Shown here: piece after piece, positions 1 to 9,742 of the stretch
How positions within the stretch are numbered: the first letter of the stretch is position 1
Layout of the letters: every line of letters starts with the position of its first letter
Assembly (NCBI GenBank): GCA_049521795.1
Contig: JBEKOM010000004.1
Span: 81,261 to 145,260, forward strand
Source: Candidatus Bathyarchaeia archaeon
GTDB lineage: Archaea > Thermoproteota > Bathyarchaeia > Bathyarchaeales > Bathycorpusculaceae
Direction: 5' to 3'
Length of the DNA: 64,000 nucleotides
Translations under genes and position numbers: made by a program
Notes under the pieces: model-generated
Database searches by the model: none
Told to the model about the DNA's origin: nothing
Seen by the model: the letters and a program-made list of their open reading frames with translations, nothing else

Positions 1-353
1 AGGTCATCGACGAAAACGAGGGGAAGATCACCATGGTCATCATGATCGATGCTGCTCTGAAGCTTGAAGGAGAAGAACTGGGCGAGTTGGCTGAAGGTGT
101 CGGCGCGGCTATAGGAGGCCCCGGAGTTGACCAGTACAAGATCGAGGATGCGCTTCTGAAATATCACATTCCCGCAAACGCCATCGTAATAAAAGAAGAC
201 ATAGGAGACGCTGTTTCACCCTTGCGCAAAGAGGTTTTCGATTCGATCGACGGCGTCATAGAAAGGATAAAAGCGGTCGTGTTAGAGAGGACGAAGGAAG
301 GAGACAAAATAGTGATCTGCGGCGTGGGGAACACCATCGGAATCGGACAGTAG
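1..353 (+). CDS. C-terminal part of conserved archaeal protein (DUF1512-like), 5' truncated by window edge
   Basis: IDAALKLEGE..GVGAAIGGPG and GVGNTIGIGQ C-terminus resemble crenarchaeal/bathyarchaeal DUF1512 proteins. Confidence 0.7.
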   Translation, partial: VIDENEGKITMVIMIDAALKLEGEELGELAEGVGAAIGGPGVDQYKIEDALLKYHIPANAIVIKEDIGDAVSPLRKEVFDSIDGVIERIKAVVLERTKEGDKIVICGVGNTIGIGQ

Positions 354-365
354 GAGACGGACGAA

Positions 366-779
366 ATGACTGAAACTCAAGCGTCAAGCCCGACACCCCG
401 AATAGCGTCCTCTGTGATGATAGCCGTGTTCCTAGCCCTTGCACTGTCGTTCGTAGCCCTCATTTACGCGCTGAGCATTCTTGATCAAGACTATGAAACT
501 GCATCGATCTTCCTGATAATGGGATTCTTGGGAGTGGCGTTGTCCACGTACGTTTTGTTCCAGACGCGGAGACGACTTTCAAAGCTGAAGATCGTGCCTG
601 CCCCTGTGACGACCACCATAGAGTGCAAGAAATGTGGCTTTAAGAACGTCAGAGAGTTCCAGCGAGGAGACTACATTTTCAAAGAAGGCGAACCATGCCA
701 AAAATGCAGTGACAAGATGCTGATAACAGCGATCTACAGGGAAGTCAAACAGAAAGAGAAAGAAAAAGTACCTTTCTAG
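366..779 (+). CDS. Membrane protein with C-terminal zinc ribbon
   Basis: Two hydrophobic helices, then CKKC and CQKC. Confidence 0.75.
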   Translation: MTETQASSPTPRIASSVMIAVFLALALSFVALIYALSILDQDYETASIFLIMGFLGVALSTYVLFQTRRRLSKLKIVPAPVTTTIECKKCGFKNVREFQRGDYIFKEGEPCQKCSDKMLITAIYREVKQKEKEKVPF

Positions 780-1681
780 GTTAACACGGAACAGCCGTCC
801 GCAACGATCAAAACAGTGTGCTCTGCTTGGGCAACTGTTTTTCCGCTCGCCTCGACGAAAATCGGATACTTCATCAAGGTCTTCGAAGCCAACAGTTCGT
901 CGAAGGCTTCTCTGTAATGTTGCTGGGGCACAACATTCTGCAGCCAGCGTTCCGCAAAGGGTAAAGTTCTAAAGTTGTCTTCAATGTACTTTTGAAGTTC
1001 TCTCGCGTGAGGGTTTTTCGTAGACCTCGACCTGAGAAAACGGAAAATCGTGGATTCGTCACCGTTTTCAACTCTGCCCGCAGCGTTTGGAACGGTTACG
1101 AAAGGTTCGATGGCATAAACGCTACCTAACTTGATTTTTGTTGAAAAAAGCTGTGAAACGTTTGGCAACGACGTGCCAGTGTGCACGACGTACCTGCCGA
1201 CCTGATGACCCGTCAAGTTTGAAATGGGTTTGAAACCGCGAGACTTGATCGCACGTTCTATCATTGTCCCAAGCTTTGACGTGGACATTCCTAGTTGAAT
1301 GTTTTCGACGGCAGTCTTCAAAGCATGTTCTGCCGTTTCCACCAAGCTTTCGTATTCGGGGTCAAAACACACTGTAACCGCGGTGTCAGTCAGGTAGCCG
1401 TCGATGTGGGCGCCGATGTCCACTTTGACTAAAGATTTCTCGGGGATTCTTCTCTCATCATCCGGGGGAGAAGTGTAATGCGCAGCAACTTCATTCACGG
1501 AAACGTTACATGGAAACGCTGGCTTTGCTCCCTTCTGCCTTATCAGGCTCTCCGCTTTCTCGCAAATGTCGATGATCGGCATGCCTTCACGTACATAATT
1601 CTTCATTTCTTCCCGCGTCTCGCGCAGAATCTTCCCTGAGAGGCGAAGCTTTTCAAGAACTTCCTTTTCAGATTCGCTCAT
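776..1681 (-). CDS. map: Type II methionine aminopeptidase
   Basis: PAFPCN, AAHY, DIGAHIDG..TD, NLTGH, AIEPF, QAEHT motifs; start placed at MSESEKE. Confidence 0.95.
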   Translation of the reverse strand: MSESEKEVLEKLRLSGKILRETREEMKNYVREGMPIIDICEKAESLIRQKGAKPAFPCNVSVNEVAAHYTSPPDDERRIPEKSLVKVDIGAHIDGYLTDTAVTVCFDPEYESLVETAEHALKTAVENIQLGMSTSKLGTMIERAIKSRGFKPISNLTGHQVGRYVVHTGTSLPNVSQLFSTKIKLGSVYAIEPFVTVPNAAGRVENGDESTIFRFLRSRSTKNPHARELQKYIEDNFRTLPFAERWLQNVVPQQHYREAFDELLASKTLMKYPIFVEASGKTVAQAEHTVLIVADGCSVLT

Positions 1682-1716
1682 CAAAGTCACTTTTTCCAGA
1701 CGTGCGATCTTGCACT

Positions 1717-2847
1717 TCACCTTTTTATGTGGAATTCTCCGATTATGTCTCTTGCTTTTTCACGCTTCTTCTGATGCCCAACGAGAAACTTGTTGACTCT
1801 TTCAGCGAGTTCTTTCTTGCACTCGCCGCACAGGACTTCGCCAGCCTTGCAGCGTCTCTTCCTTTCTGCAAGTTTCTCGTCATCCTCCTCGTACAGATAG
1901 AGGAAATATTGAAAGACTGTGCAGACATCAGGGTCGGCGCCCTCTTTTCTTTGTTCAGCGACTGTTCCTTTTCCACCCGTAAATGCCTTCCAGATCTTCT
2001 GTTCAACCAGTTCAGGCGGGTCTGTCGTGAAGATCGCTGTCTCAGGTTCTGAAGCGCTCATCTTCCCACCGACGCCTAATCCTGGCAAGAAACGGTTGTG
2101 GATCTGAGCTGGCTTGTAGTACCCAAGCTTCTGGGCGATGTCTCGCGTGATCCTCCAGAAGGGGTCCTGGTCTATCGCTGCTGGTATAAGAGCGGGGACG
2201 TTTTCTCCAGTTAGTTTCTTGTGTATGAAACAAGGAACCGCTTGGACGGCGGGCCAGAATACCCAGCCGAGGTTTGTGCTGTCCTGAAAACCAAAGGTCG
2301 CTCTTGCCGTGGAATACGTTATTCGCTTGGCAACTTCCAACGCAATGTCGTAGAGCAAATCGATGTCATCAACATCGTAGATGATGAAAGTGTTCTTCGG
2401 TTCAAAGCCCAGCGCAACAAGGTCCAAAGCGTTCTCATAACCCAACTTCGTAGTTTCAGACAGGACGAGATCATCGTCGACCACGAACTTCTCATCGTCA
2501 GTCATCTGGAAGTAGAGCCGCGTGCCAAACGCGTCTTGAAGATGCTTCGTGAAAATCCAAGGAACAAGATGTCCAATGTGAACAGGGCCCGAAGGGCCTC
2601 TGCCCGTGTACAGCACGAACTTGACCCCTTTGTCGTACAAGTCAAGAACAACGCCTAGGTCTCTGTGAGAAAAGAACAGTTCCCTGCGCAGCTGAAGATG
2701 AACACCGCCAGTGTACTTGGCAAGTCTTCGCCGAAGCTCTTCGGTTAATGGCTCGGTTCCAAACTCTCGAATCAAACGTTCATAGTCAACCTTGCCCCTC
2801 ACTTCCCAAGGAGTAACGACCATTCCGTTTCTTTCCTCATCAGTCAA
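1717..2847 (-). CDS. trpS: Tryptophanyl-tRNA synthetase
   Basis: YTGRGPS..HIGH, QMTDDEK, IDQDP, KMSAS motifs. Confidence 0.96.
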   Translation of the reverse strand: MTDEERNGMVVTPWEVRGKVDYERLIREFGTEPLTEELRRRLAKYTGGVHLQLRRELFFSHRDLGVVLDLYDKGVKFVLYTGRGPSGPVHIGHLVPWIFTKHLQDAFGTRLYFQMTDDEKFVVDDDLVLSETTKLGYENALDLVALGFEPKNTFIIYDVDDIDLLYDIALEVAKRITYSTARATFGFQDSTNLGWVFWPAVQAVPCFIHKKLTGENVPALIPAAIDQDPFWRITRDIAQKLGYYKPAQIHNRFLPGLGVGGKMSASEPETAIFTTDPPELVEQKIWKAFTGGKGTVAEQRKEGADPDVCTVFQYFLYLYEEDDEKLAERKRRCKAGEVLCGECKKELAERVNKFLVGHQKKREKARDIIGEFHIKR

Positions 2848-3130
2848 ACCTGAAGCCGCCCGAATACCTCAGCTCTTTATACAATTCATGGAAAACGTAT
2901 TAAATCTTGTGTGAACCGTGGGAACCCACTTGTGCCCGATGCTCGAAAGAATAAGACATAAATATGATTCTTGATTCTCTGGTTGCTGTGAGTTAGTGAT
3001 GCCCTGCCAATTTCTGTAAAAGGGCAAATTTCTTCCAGAAAAAAACCATCGGACGACATGCATACTTTTATTAAAAATAGAACAACTACATTACCGACTC
3101 CTATTAACGGCACATGTGAAGGGAACAACG

Positions 3131-4642
3131 ATGGTTGACCTCAGAGAACACGAACAAAGAACACTCTCAACCTTGGCTAAGCTAGGTGGAAAGACATCAG
3201 CTGAACAGTTGATAAGCCAAAGTGGACTGTCCGACGCTGCGGTGATGCGCGCAGCGTTGACCCTGCAGGACAAGAAACTTGTACAGATCAATGAAGAAGA
3301 AGAGACAATCATGAGACTCAACGCGGAAGGAAAAATATATGCAACAAGCGGACTGCCGGAAAGGCAAGCCATACGCGCCTTAAGCAGACTAGGCGGCAAA
3401 GCGCCTCTAGTAGAAGTCTTTGAAAAAGCTGAGCTTGGGAAGCAGCTTATCCCTATCGCGTTAGGCTGGATTCAAAGAAAGAAATGGGCAACTCTGGACT
3501 CGAAAGCAAACACTCTGCAGTTGCAGGGAAAACAAGAAGAGGAGAACGATGAGAAACTCGTGAAACTTTTGGCTGAACGGAAAGAAGCCAGAGTTGAAGA
3601 CTTGAGTCCTGACCTTCAAGAAGCTTTTCCACTTCTGAAGAGAAGAAAGATCCTTGATGTTGAAGAGAAGACGAAGAGAATAATCGAATTGACAGAAGCT
3701 GGCAATGCTTTAGTCAGAAGAGGATTGAAAGCCGCTGCTGAAGTTACGCAGCTCACCCCTCAACTCATAATTACCGGTAAATGGCGGAAGGTAAGCCTTC
3801 AAAAGTACAACATACAAGCCCCAGTTGCAAAGACGTGGCCAGGCAAAAAGCATCCCTATCTCCAGTTCATCGACAGCGTGAAAGAGAAACTCATCAACTT
3901 AGGATTTGAAGAGATGACTGGCACGAGCGTCGAAACGTCCTTCTTCAACTTCGATGCTCTGTACATGCCTCAGGACCATCCGGCCCGCGAGATCATGGAC
4001 ATATACCTCGTGAAGTCTCCAAAGTACGGCAGCATAGGCGCTTCGAAGCGTGTCCTTCAAAACGTTAAGCAAACTCATGAGAACGGCTGGAAAACGGGCT
4101 CAACCGGATGGCGGTACAATTACTCCGTCAAAGATGCAAAACGTCTGATCCTGCGAGGTCACGGAACCTGCCTCAGCGCCAGAACCCTTCTGAGCAAAGA
4201 CCTGCACATCCCAGGCAGGTATTTCTCGATCGCCCGCTGCTACAGACCAGACGTGCTTGACCAAACTCATCTCACCGAGTTCAACCAGGTTGAAGGAATC
4301 GTCGTTGACGAGAACCTGAACCTCAGAGACCTCTTGGGAATTCTGCTGGCTTTCGCCACTGAAATAGCCGAGGCTGACAAAGTCAGGCTGAAGCCGGATT
4401 ATTACCCGTTCACCGAGCCCAGCGTGGAACTCAGCGCCTACAAGAAAGGATACGGATGGATCGAGTTCGGAGGCTCAGGCATCTTCAGGCCCGAAGTCAC
4501 CCTGCCCCTGGGCATCAAGGTTCCTGTCATCGCGTGGGGCTTAGGCATAGACCGTTTGTTCATGATGAAGGCTGGAATAGACGACATACGAAGCATCTTC
4601 TCTAATGATCTACTATGGTTGAGGACTAAGGAGGTCGCGTAG
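3131..4642 (+). CDS. pheS: Phenylalanyl-tRNA synthetase alpha subunit
   Basis: FNFDALYMPQDHPARE, THLTEFNQVEG, YYPFTEPS, WGLGIDR. Confidence 0.96.
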   Translation: MVDLREHEQRTLSTLAKLGGKTSAEQLISQSGLSDAAVMRAALTLQDKKLVQINEEEETIMRLNAEGKIYATSGLPERQAIRALSRLGGKAPLVEVFEKAELGKQLIPIALGWIQRKKWATLDSKANTLQLQGKQEEENDEKLVKLLAERKEARVEDLSPDLQEAFPLLKRRKILDVEEKTKRIIELTEAGNALVRRGLKAAAEVTQLTPQLIITGKWRKVSLQKYNIQAPVAKTWPGKKHPYLQFIDSVKEKLINLGFEEMTGTSVETSFFNFDALYMPQDHPAREIMDIYLVKSPKYGSIGASKRVLQNVKQTHENGWKTGSTGWRYNYSVKDAKRLILRGHGTCLSARTLLSKDLHIPGRYFSIARCYRPDVLDQTHLTEFNQVEGIVVDENLNLRDLLGILLAFATEIAEADKVRLKPDYYPFTEPSVELSAYKKGYGWIEFGGSGIFRPEVTLPLGIKVPVIAWGLGIDRLFMMKAGIDDIRSIFSNDLLWLRTKEVA

Positions 4643-4643
4643 C

Positions 4644-6338
4644 ATGCCAACCATAGACGTCGACTACGCAGAATTCGAGAAACTGCTGGGGACAGAGCTG
4701 CACAAAGACCCTGAAAAAATCGATAAAGTCCTAGCCTTAGCCAAGTGCGAAATGAAACTTTTCGATGAAAACACCGGCGCGATGACCATTGAGTTCAAGG
4801 ACACAAACCGAGCAGATCTCTGGAGCATTGAAGGATTAGTCAGGACTCTGCGCCTGCTCTTAGGACTGGACAGAGGCTTGAAGCGGTACAAGACAGTTAA
4901 AGAATTGGCTGAGGTGTACGTTGACAAGAGACTAGCCAATATCAGACCGTACATAGGCTGTTCCATAATCAAGAACCTCAAATTGACGGACCCGATGATT
5001 CGAGCGGTGATGCAGCTTCAGGACAAGCTAGACCACACGTACGGGAGAAACAGACGCCGAACGTCCATCGGCCTGTACAACTTTGACCTCATGACCCCTC
5101 CTTTCAGCTACACCGTTGTCAAGCCTACAGAAGTCAGTTTTGTGCCGCTTGGCTTTGAGAAAGAGATGAATCTGAGGGAGATTCTGAAGCACCACCCTAA
5201 AGGGTTAGAGTACGGTTCAACCGTAGCGGGAAACAGCGTCTACCCGATACTTCTTGACAGTGAGAAGAGGGTACTATCATTCCCACCGATCATAAACTCA
5301 AACGACCTTGGGAGAGTGACCGAGGACACTAGGAACGTTCTGGTCGAAGTCACGGGCACAGTTCATGAAACCGTGCTCAACACACTCAAGATAGTAACCT
5401 TGTCGCTGATTGACAGAGGAGGAAAGGCTTACTCCACCATGGTTCATTATCCGGATGACAGTTTGACGGTGGTGACGCCGAGTTTTGAAACGGGGCAGAT
5501 GGACCTTGACGTTGGATACGCAAACAAAGTATTAGGCCTTCAGCTGAAACCCCGACAGATCGGTAAACTGCTTGAGAAAGCCGGCTTCGGAGTTGCAAAA
5601 CTCGAAAGGGACAAGATAACCGTGGAAATCCCTTGCTACCGAATTGACATAATGCACCCGATAGACCTGATTGAAGATGTTGCCATAGCCTATGGATATG
5701 ATAATATCAAACCGTTCTGGCGCAAGCTGTCGACGAGAGGCGGCGCCAAGCCGTGGCAAGCCTTTCTTGACGTTGCCAGAGAGCTAATGGTAGGGCTCGG
5801 CTTCCAAGAAGTTCTCACGTTCAACATGACAAACCCAGAAAACCTGTTCACTAAAATGAACATCAAAAAACAGAGAATAGTGGAGCTGGCAAACCCGAAG
5901 GTTCAGACGTTGACGTGTCTCAGAAACTGGATGCTGCCGAGCCTACTGGAGTTCTTGAGCCACAACCTTCACATTGAATATCCCCAGAAAGTGTTTGAAC
6001 TCGGCACGGTCACGGTTTTGGATGAGAAGTCAGAGACACGAACGAGAGACGTGCACACTCTTGCAACGGTCATCTCCCACGCAAACGCAAGCTTCACAGA
6101 AGTAAAGTCGGCTCTGGACGCGCTTCTCATGAACCTAGGTGTCCAATGGCAGATAAAAGAGGCAGAGCATCCAAGCTTCATAGAAGGAAGAGTGGGCACA
6201 GTCATCGCCAACAGAACAGAAGTCGGAATACTGGGCGAAATCCATCCGAAAGTTCTGGAAACGTGGGCGCTTGAAAATCCCGTCGCTGGCTTCGAACTTA
6301 ACATCGATAGCATAAGCAGAATAAGACATGAACACTGA
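4644..6338 (+). CDS. pheT: Phenylalanyl-tRNA synthetase beta subunit
   Basis: MPTI start, NRADLWS, SFPPIINS, YRIDIMH..DLIEDVAIAYGY; directly follows pheS with GGAGG RBS. Confidence 0.96.
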   Translation: MPTIDVDYAEFEKLLGTELHKDPEKIDKVLALAKCEMKLFDENTGAMTIEFKDTNRADLWSIEGLVRTLRLLLGLDRGLKRYKTVKELAEVYVDKRLANIRPYIGCSIIKNLKLTDPMIRAVMQLQDKLDHTYGRNRRRTSIGLYNFDLMTPPFSYTVVKPTEVSFVPLGFEKEMNLREILKHHPKGLEYGSTVAGNSVYPILLDSEKRVLSFPPIINSNDLGRVTEDTRNVLVEVTGTVHETVLNTLKIVTLSLIDRGGKAYSTMVHYPDDSLTVVTPSFETGQMDLDVGYANKVLGLQLKPRQIGKLLEKAGFGVAKLERDKITVEIPCYRIDIMHPIDLIEDVAIAYGYDNIKPFWRKLSTRGGAKPWQAFLDVARELMVGLGFQEVLTFNMTNPENLFTKMNIKKQRIVELANPKVQTLTCLRNWMLPSLLEFLSHNLHIEYPQKVFELGTVTVLDEKSETRTRDVHTLATVISHANASFTEVKSALDALLMNLGVQWQIKEAEHPSFIEGRVGTVIANRTEVGILGEIHPKVLETWALENPVAGFELNIDSISRIRHEH

Positions 6339-6930
6339 GGCAAGAACAATAACCTTTAACTTTCCTAACACGCCTATTTCTGGTTGGCGATGACGCAGTT
6401 GAGCCATTCCTAATCCCGTCGACAAATCCACGCAGACGGACCCAACAGAAGAGAGCAAGCTGTGTGCTTGCCTATTCTTATGACGACGGGTTTACCCAAA
6501 CGTGGGACACGACGGGCGCGGGCAAAATTCCCTCGACGGAGAGAGCTTAGCTTAGAGGAGCGCATCGCCCCACAATGAAGTTAAGTGTTAGGTTACGTGG
6601 GAGACACGTGCCCGCGACAAAACAACCTTCACAAACGTTTCCAAGCCATGTTTAAAACAGGTTCGAGCACGCCGCCCACACTCAGATCACATTGAGACAC
6701 AGTTCAAACATGAGTTCGTGATAGCAGATTTTGATGAACCAACGCCATCAAAGAAGGCCATTGAGGAACACTACAGAGAATTCGATGACGAACAAAAGTG
6801 CGTCCCAAGGTTTCTATCTATATGTGGCAAGATAAGATAGACATCGAGCTCAAACCGTAGCGTTGCGTCGGAAGCAACTCTTAAGTTTCACTCGCACATA
6901 GAAGCTAGGAAGAAAACCGCATAGGTAAGG

Positions 6931-8025
6931 TTGAACTTGGACATCGAGACGAAGATGGAACTTGTCTGCAGACCTCCGACTGAAGAGGTCTTAACACCTG
7001 AAGACTTGAGGCACCTTCTGCAAACAGAGGAGCATCCGATAGCCTACAATGGATGGGAACCATCCGGCCTGGTCCACCTCGGAACGGGCTTGATCTGTGT
7101 CTACAAGATTAAGGACTTCATAGAGGCTGGAATACGTTACAAGGCGTACCTCTCCACGTGGCACGCATGGCTGAACAACAAGATGGGCGGAGACCTCAAA
7201 CTCATCAGAAAAGCAGCAGAACTCTTCAAGCACTCGTGGATAGCCCTAGGCGTGCCGCCGGAAAAGGTTGAATTCATCTACTCAGACGAACTGTACGACG
7301 ACGTAGACTATTGGGCTAAAGTAGTCATGGTTGCAAAGAACTTGTCCATAGCCAGGGTGACCAGGACACTGGAGATTGCAGGAAGAAAAGAATCAGAAGC
7401 AAGACGCGTCTCAGACTACATGTACACACCGATGCAGGTTGCCGACATATTCCACATGGAAGTGAAGATATGTCAGTTAGGCATGGACCAGCGAAAAGCG
7501 AACGTCGTCGCGAGAGAACTGGGCGAACGCCTCGGATTCTGGAAGCCAGTGTGCGTGCACCACAGCTACCTTCAAGGGCTTGTGAAACCTCCTCTCTGGC
7601 CCATCCCGAAAGAAAAGGAGAGAGAGATCCTGTCATCGATAAAAATGTCAAAGAGCAGGCCTGAAACTTGCATTTTCATCTACGACTCGCCTGAAGAGAT
7701 AAAGAAAAAGATTTCAATGGCCTTCTGCCCGGAAAAAGCCGTCGAGTATAATCCGATACTGGAGATCTGCAAGTACATAATCTTCAAAGAAGAGAAGACA
7801 TTCACGATAGACAGGCCTGCCAAGTACGGAGGAAGAGTCGAGTTCCACAGTTTCCGAGAGCTTGCAAATTCCTACGCGAGCGGAAGCCTGCACCCGCAAG
7901 ACCTCAAAAATTCCGTGGCTGCAGATCTCGCGGAAATCCTTGCACCAGTAAGGAGGTACTTCGAAGGTAATAGAGAAGCAACTGAGTGCCTTAACCTCGT
8001 GAGAAAAGCTGACGTTACAAGGTAG
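6931..8025 (+). CDS. tyrS: Tyrosyl-tRNA synthetase (archaeal type)
   Basis: YNGWEPSGLVHLG, YTPMQVADI, GMDQRK, KMSKS, LHPQDLK. Confidence 0.95.
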   Translation: MNLDIETKMELVCRPPTEEVLTPEDLRHLLQTEEHPIAYNGWEPSGLVHLGTGLICVYKIKDFIEAGIRYKAYLSTWHAWLNNKMGGDLKLIRKAAELFKHSWIALGVPPEKVEFIYSDELYDDVDYWAKVVMVAKNLSIARVTRTLEIAGRKESEARRVSDYMYTPMQVADIFHMEVKICQLGMDQRKANVVARELGERLGFWKPVCVHHSYLQGLVKPPLWPIPKEKEREILSSIKMSKSRPETCIFIYDSPEEIKKKISMAFCPEKAVEYNPILEICKYIIFKEEKTFTIDRPAKYGGRVEFHSFRELANSYASGSLHPQDLKNSVAADLAEILAPVRRYFEGNREATECLNLVRKADVTR

Positions 8026-8030
8026 AAGCG

Positions 8031-8450
8031 TTGTCCAAGCATCTGAAAGAGAGAGAAGAGAGAATTCAGCAAGTACTAGCGTGTCTGATAGAAGAATCGG
8101 CAAAAGGAATTCTCATAATCGTAGAAGGAAAGAATGACGTTCAAACGCTGAGACAACTGGGCGTTGGGGGAGAGATAATATCCGCAAAGACAGGCGGAAG
8201 GACACGACTGGATGTCATCTGTGAAGTGGAGGAAAGCGGGGCCAAGGAAGTGATTATGCTGCTGGACTTTGATCGGCGCGGCAAAGAATGGACAAGAGTG
8301 CTCAAGCAACACTTGGAAAAGGCGAAGATAAAACCCAACCTCACATTTTGGAATGAACTCATGCGGTTCGCAGGCAGAGAGGTCAAGGATGTTGAAGGCC
8401 TAGCCTCCTACATTCGAACGTTGAAGAAGAAAGCTGGCGAAATACCGTAA
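8031..8450 (+). CDS. Small TOPRIM-domain protein
   Basis: IIVEGKND and DFDRRG TOPRIM motifs, KDVEGL. Confidence 0.88.
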   Translation: MSKHLKEREERIQQVLACLIEESAKGILIIVEGKNDVQTLRQLGVGGEIISAKTGGRTRLDVICEVEESGAKEVIMLLDFDRRGKEWTRVLKQHLEKAKIKPNLTFWNELMRFAGREVKDVEGLASYIRTLKKKAGEIP

Positions 8451-8518
8451 GAATGAGAAAAGCTTAAAGAGTGTGATTTCTAATTCATAAGTGTAATATA
8501 TAGTGGATGTTAAGACAA

Positions 8519-8559
8519 GATCTCGTGGTTGAGAAGGAAAATTCTCAATCCACGTGATC
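8519..8559 (+). promoter_or_regulatory. Stem-loop in putative dnaG 5' leader
   Basis: GATCTCGTGGTTGAGAA-GGAAAA-TTCTCAATCCACGTGATC, one mismatch and one bulge; lies between an AT-rich promoter-like tract and the GGAGGTG RBS. Confidence 0.6.
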
Positions 8560-8593
8560 AACTAACCATTAACTCATCATTAGGAGGTGCACG

Positions 8594-9742
8594 ATTACGG
8601 GTTCGTCACAGACGTTTACTATAAAGTACGTTATAAACGCTAAATTCGAAATTGAAGGTGTAGTTGAAAAGCCGGATGTCATCGGAGCTGTTTTCGGGCA
8701 GACGGAAGGTCTTTTCGGGCCGGAGCTTGACCTTAGAGAACTTCAAAAGTCAGGCAGAATCGGAAGAATAGAGATTGAACTTCACTCTAAACAGGACAAG
8801 ACAACGGGCAACATAACCATTCCAACAAGCTTGGACAGAGTCTCCACGGCTCTGATCGCTTCAAGCATAGAAAGCATAAACAGAGTGGGGCCCTGCGCTT
8901 CAAAGGTTACCCTTGAAAAAATCGAGGATGTCAGAGAAGCGCGGAGAAAAATCATAATCGACAGAGCAAAAGAGATTCTTCACAAGTGGACGATTGAATC
9001 CATGCCCTCGGTCGACGAAGTGTTCAAAGAAGTCTCGGAAACCCTGAAGCTCGGTAAGGTTGAGAAGTACGGGCCTGAGGAACTTCCAGCTGGACCTGGG
9101 CTTGAAAGCGCAAAGGAAATAGTCGTTGTTGAGGGCAGAGCGGACATCATAAACCTGATGCGATGCGGACTGTTGAACACGGTGGCGTTGGAAGGGGCAA
9201 AGGTTCCTGAGGCAATAAAGACGCTCTGCAAGGAAAAAGAAGCCACAGCCCTCCTCGACGGAGACAGGGGCGGAGACTTGATCCTGAAGGAACTGCAGCA
9301 GGTAACGGACGTGAAATACATTGCCAGGGCGCCAAGGGGAAAAGAAGTTGAAGAATTGAACTGCAAAGAAATCTTTGACGCGTTGGCGGCGAAGGTTCCT
9401 ATTCTGGAACAGTTCAAACCGCCGAAGAAAGAAAAGCTGAAGGCTGAGGTTCCCAAAGAAATAGTTGAAACGATAAAGACGCTTGAGGGCACTTTAGAGG
9501 CAGTTCTTTTGAACGACAAGCTTGAACAGGTAGAACGATTGCCTGTGAACCAGCTTGCCGAAAAACTTCAGCAGGCAGAAGGGGTGGACACGGTCGTCTT
9601 CGACGGCATCATAACGCAGAGGATCGTCGACGTTGCAAGCGAGAAAAACATAAAACGAATCATTGCTTCACGTCTATCAGACGCCGTAAAACCATCGTTG
9701 ACAGTTCAGCTTGTAACCTTCCCGGACGTTGCAGAAGGCTAG
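8594..9742 (+). CDS. dnaG: Archaeal DnaG (primase-like / exosome-associated); start extended 79 codons upstream of the ORF-track start
   Basis: In-frame upstream sequence encodes the conserved N-terminus KYVI.A.FE.EGVVEKPDVIGAVFGQTEGL..DLRELQKSGRIGRI; TOPRIM motifs VVEGRAD and DGDRGG. Confidence 0.92.
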   Translation: MTGSSQTFTIKYVINAKFEIEGVVEKPDVIGAVFGQTEGLFGPELDLRELQKSGRIGRIEIELHSKQDKTTGNITIPTSLDRVSTALIASSIESINRVGPCASKVTLEKIEDVREARRKIIIDRAKEILHKWTIESMPSVDEVFKEVSETLKLGKVEKYGPEELPAGPGLESAKEIVVVEGRADIINLMRCGLLNTVALEGAKVPEAIKTLCKEKEATALLDGDRGGDLILKELQQVTDVKYIARAPRGKEVEELNCKEIFDALAAKVPILEQFKPPKKEKLKAEVPKEIVETIKTLEGTLEAVLLNDKLEQVERLPVNQLAEKLQQAEGVDTVVFDGIITQRIVDVASEKNIKRIIASRLSDAVKPSLTVQLVTFPDVAEG

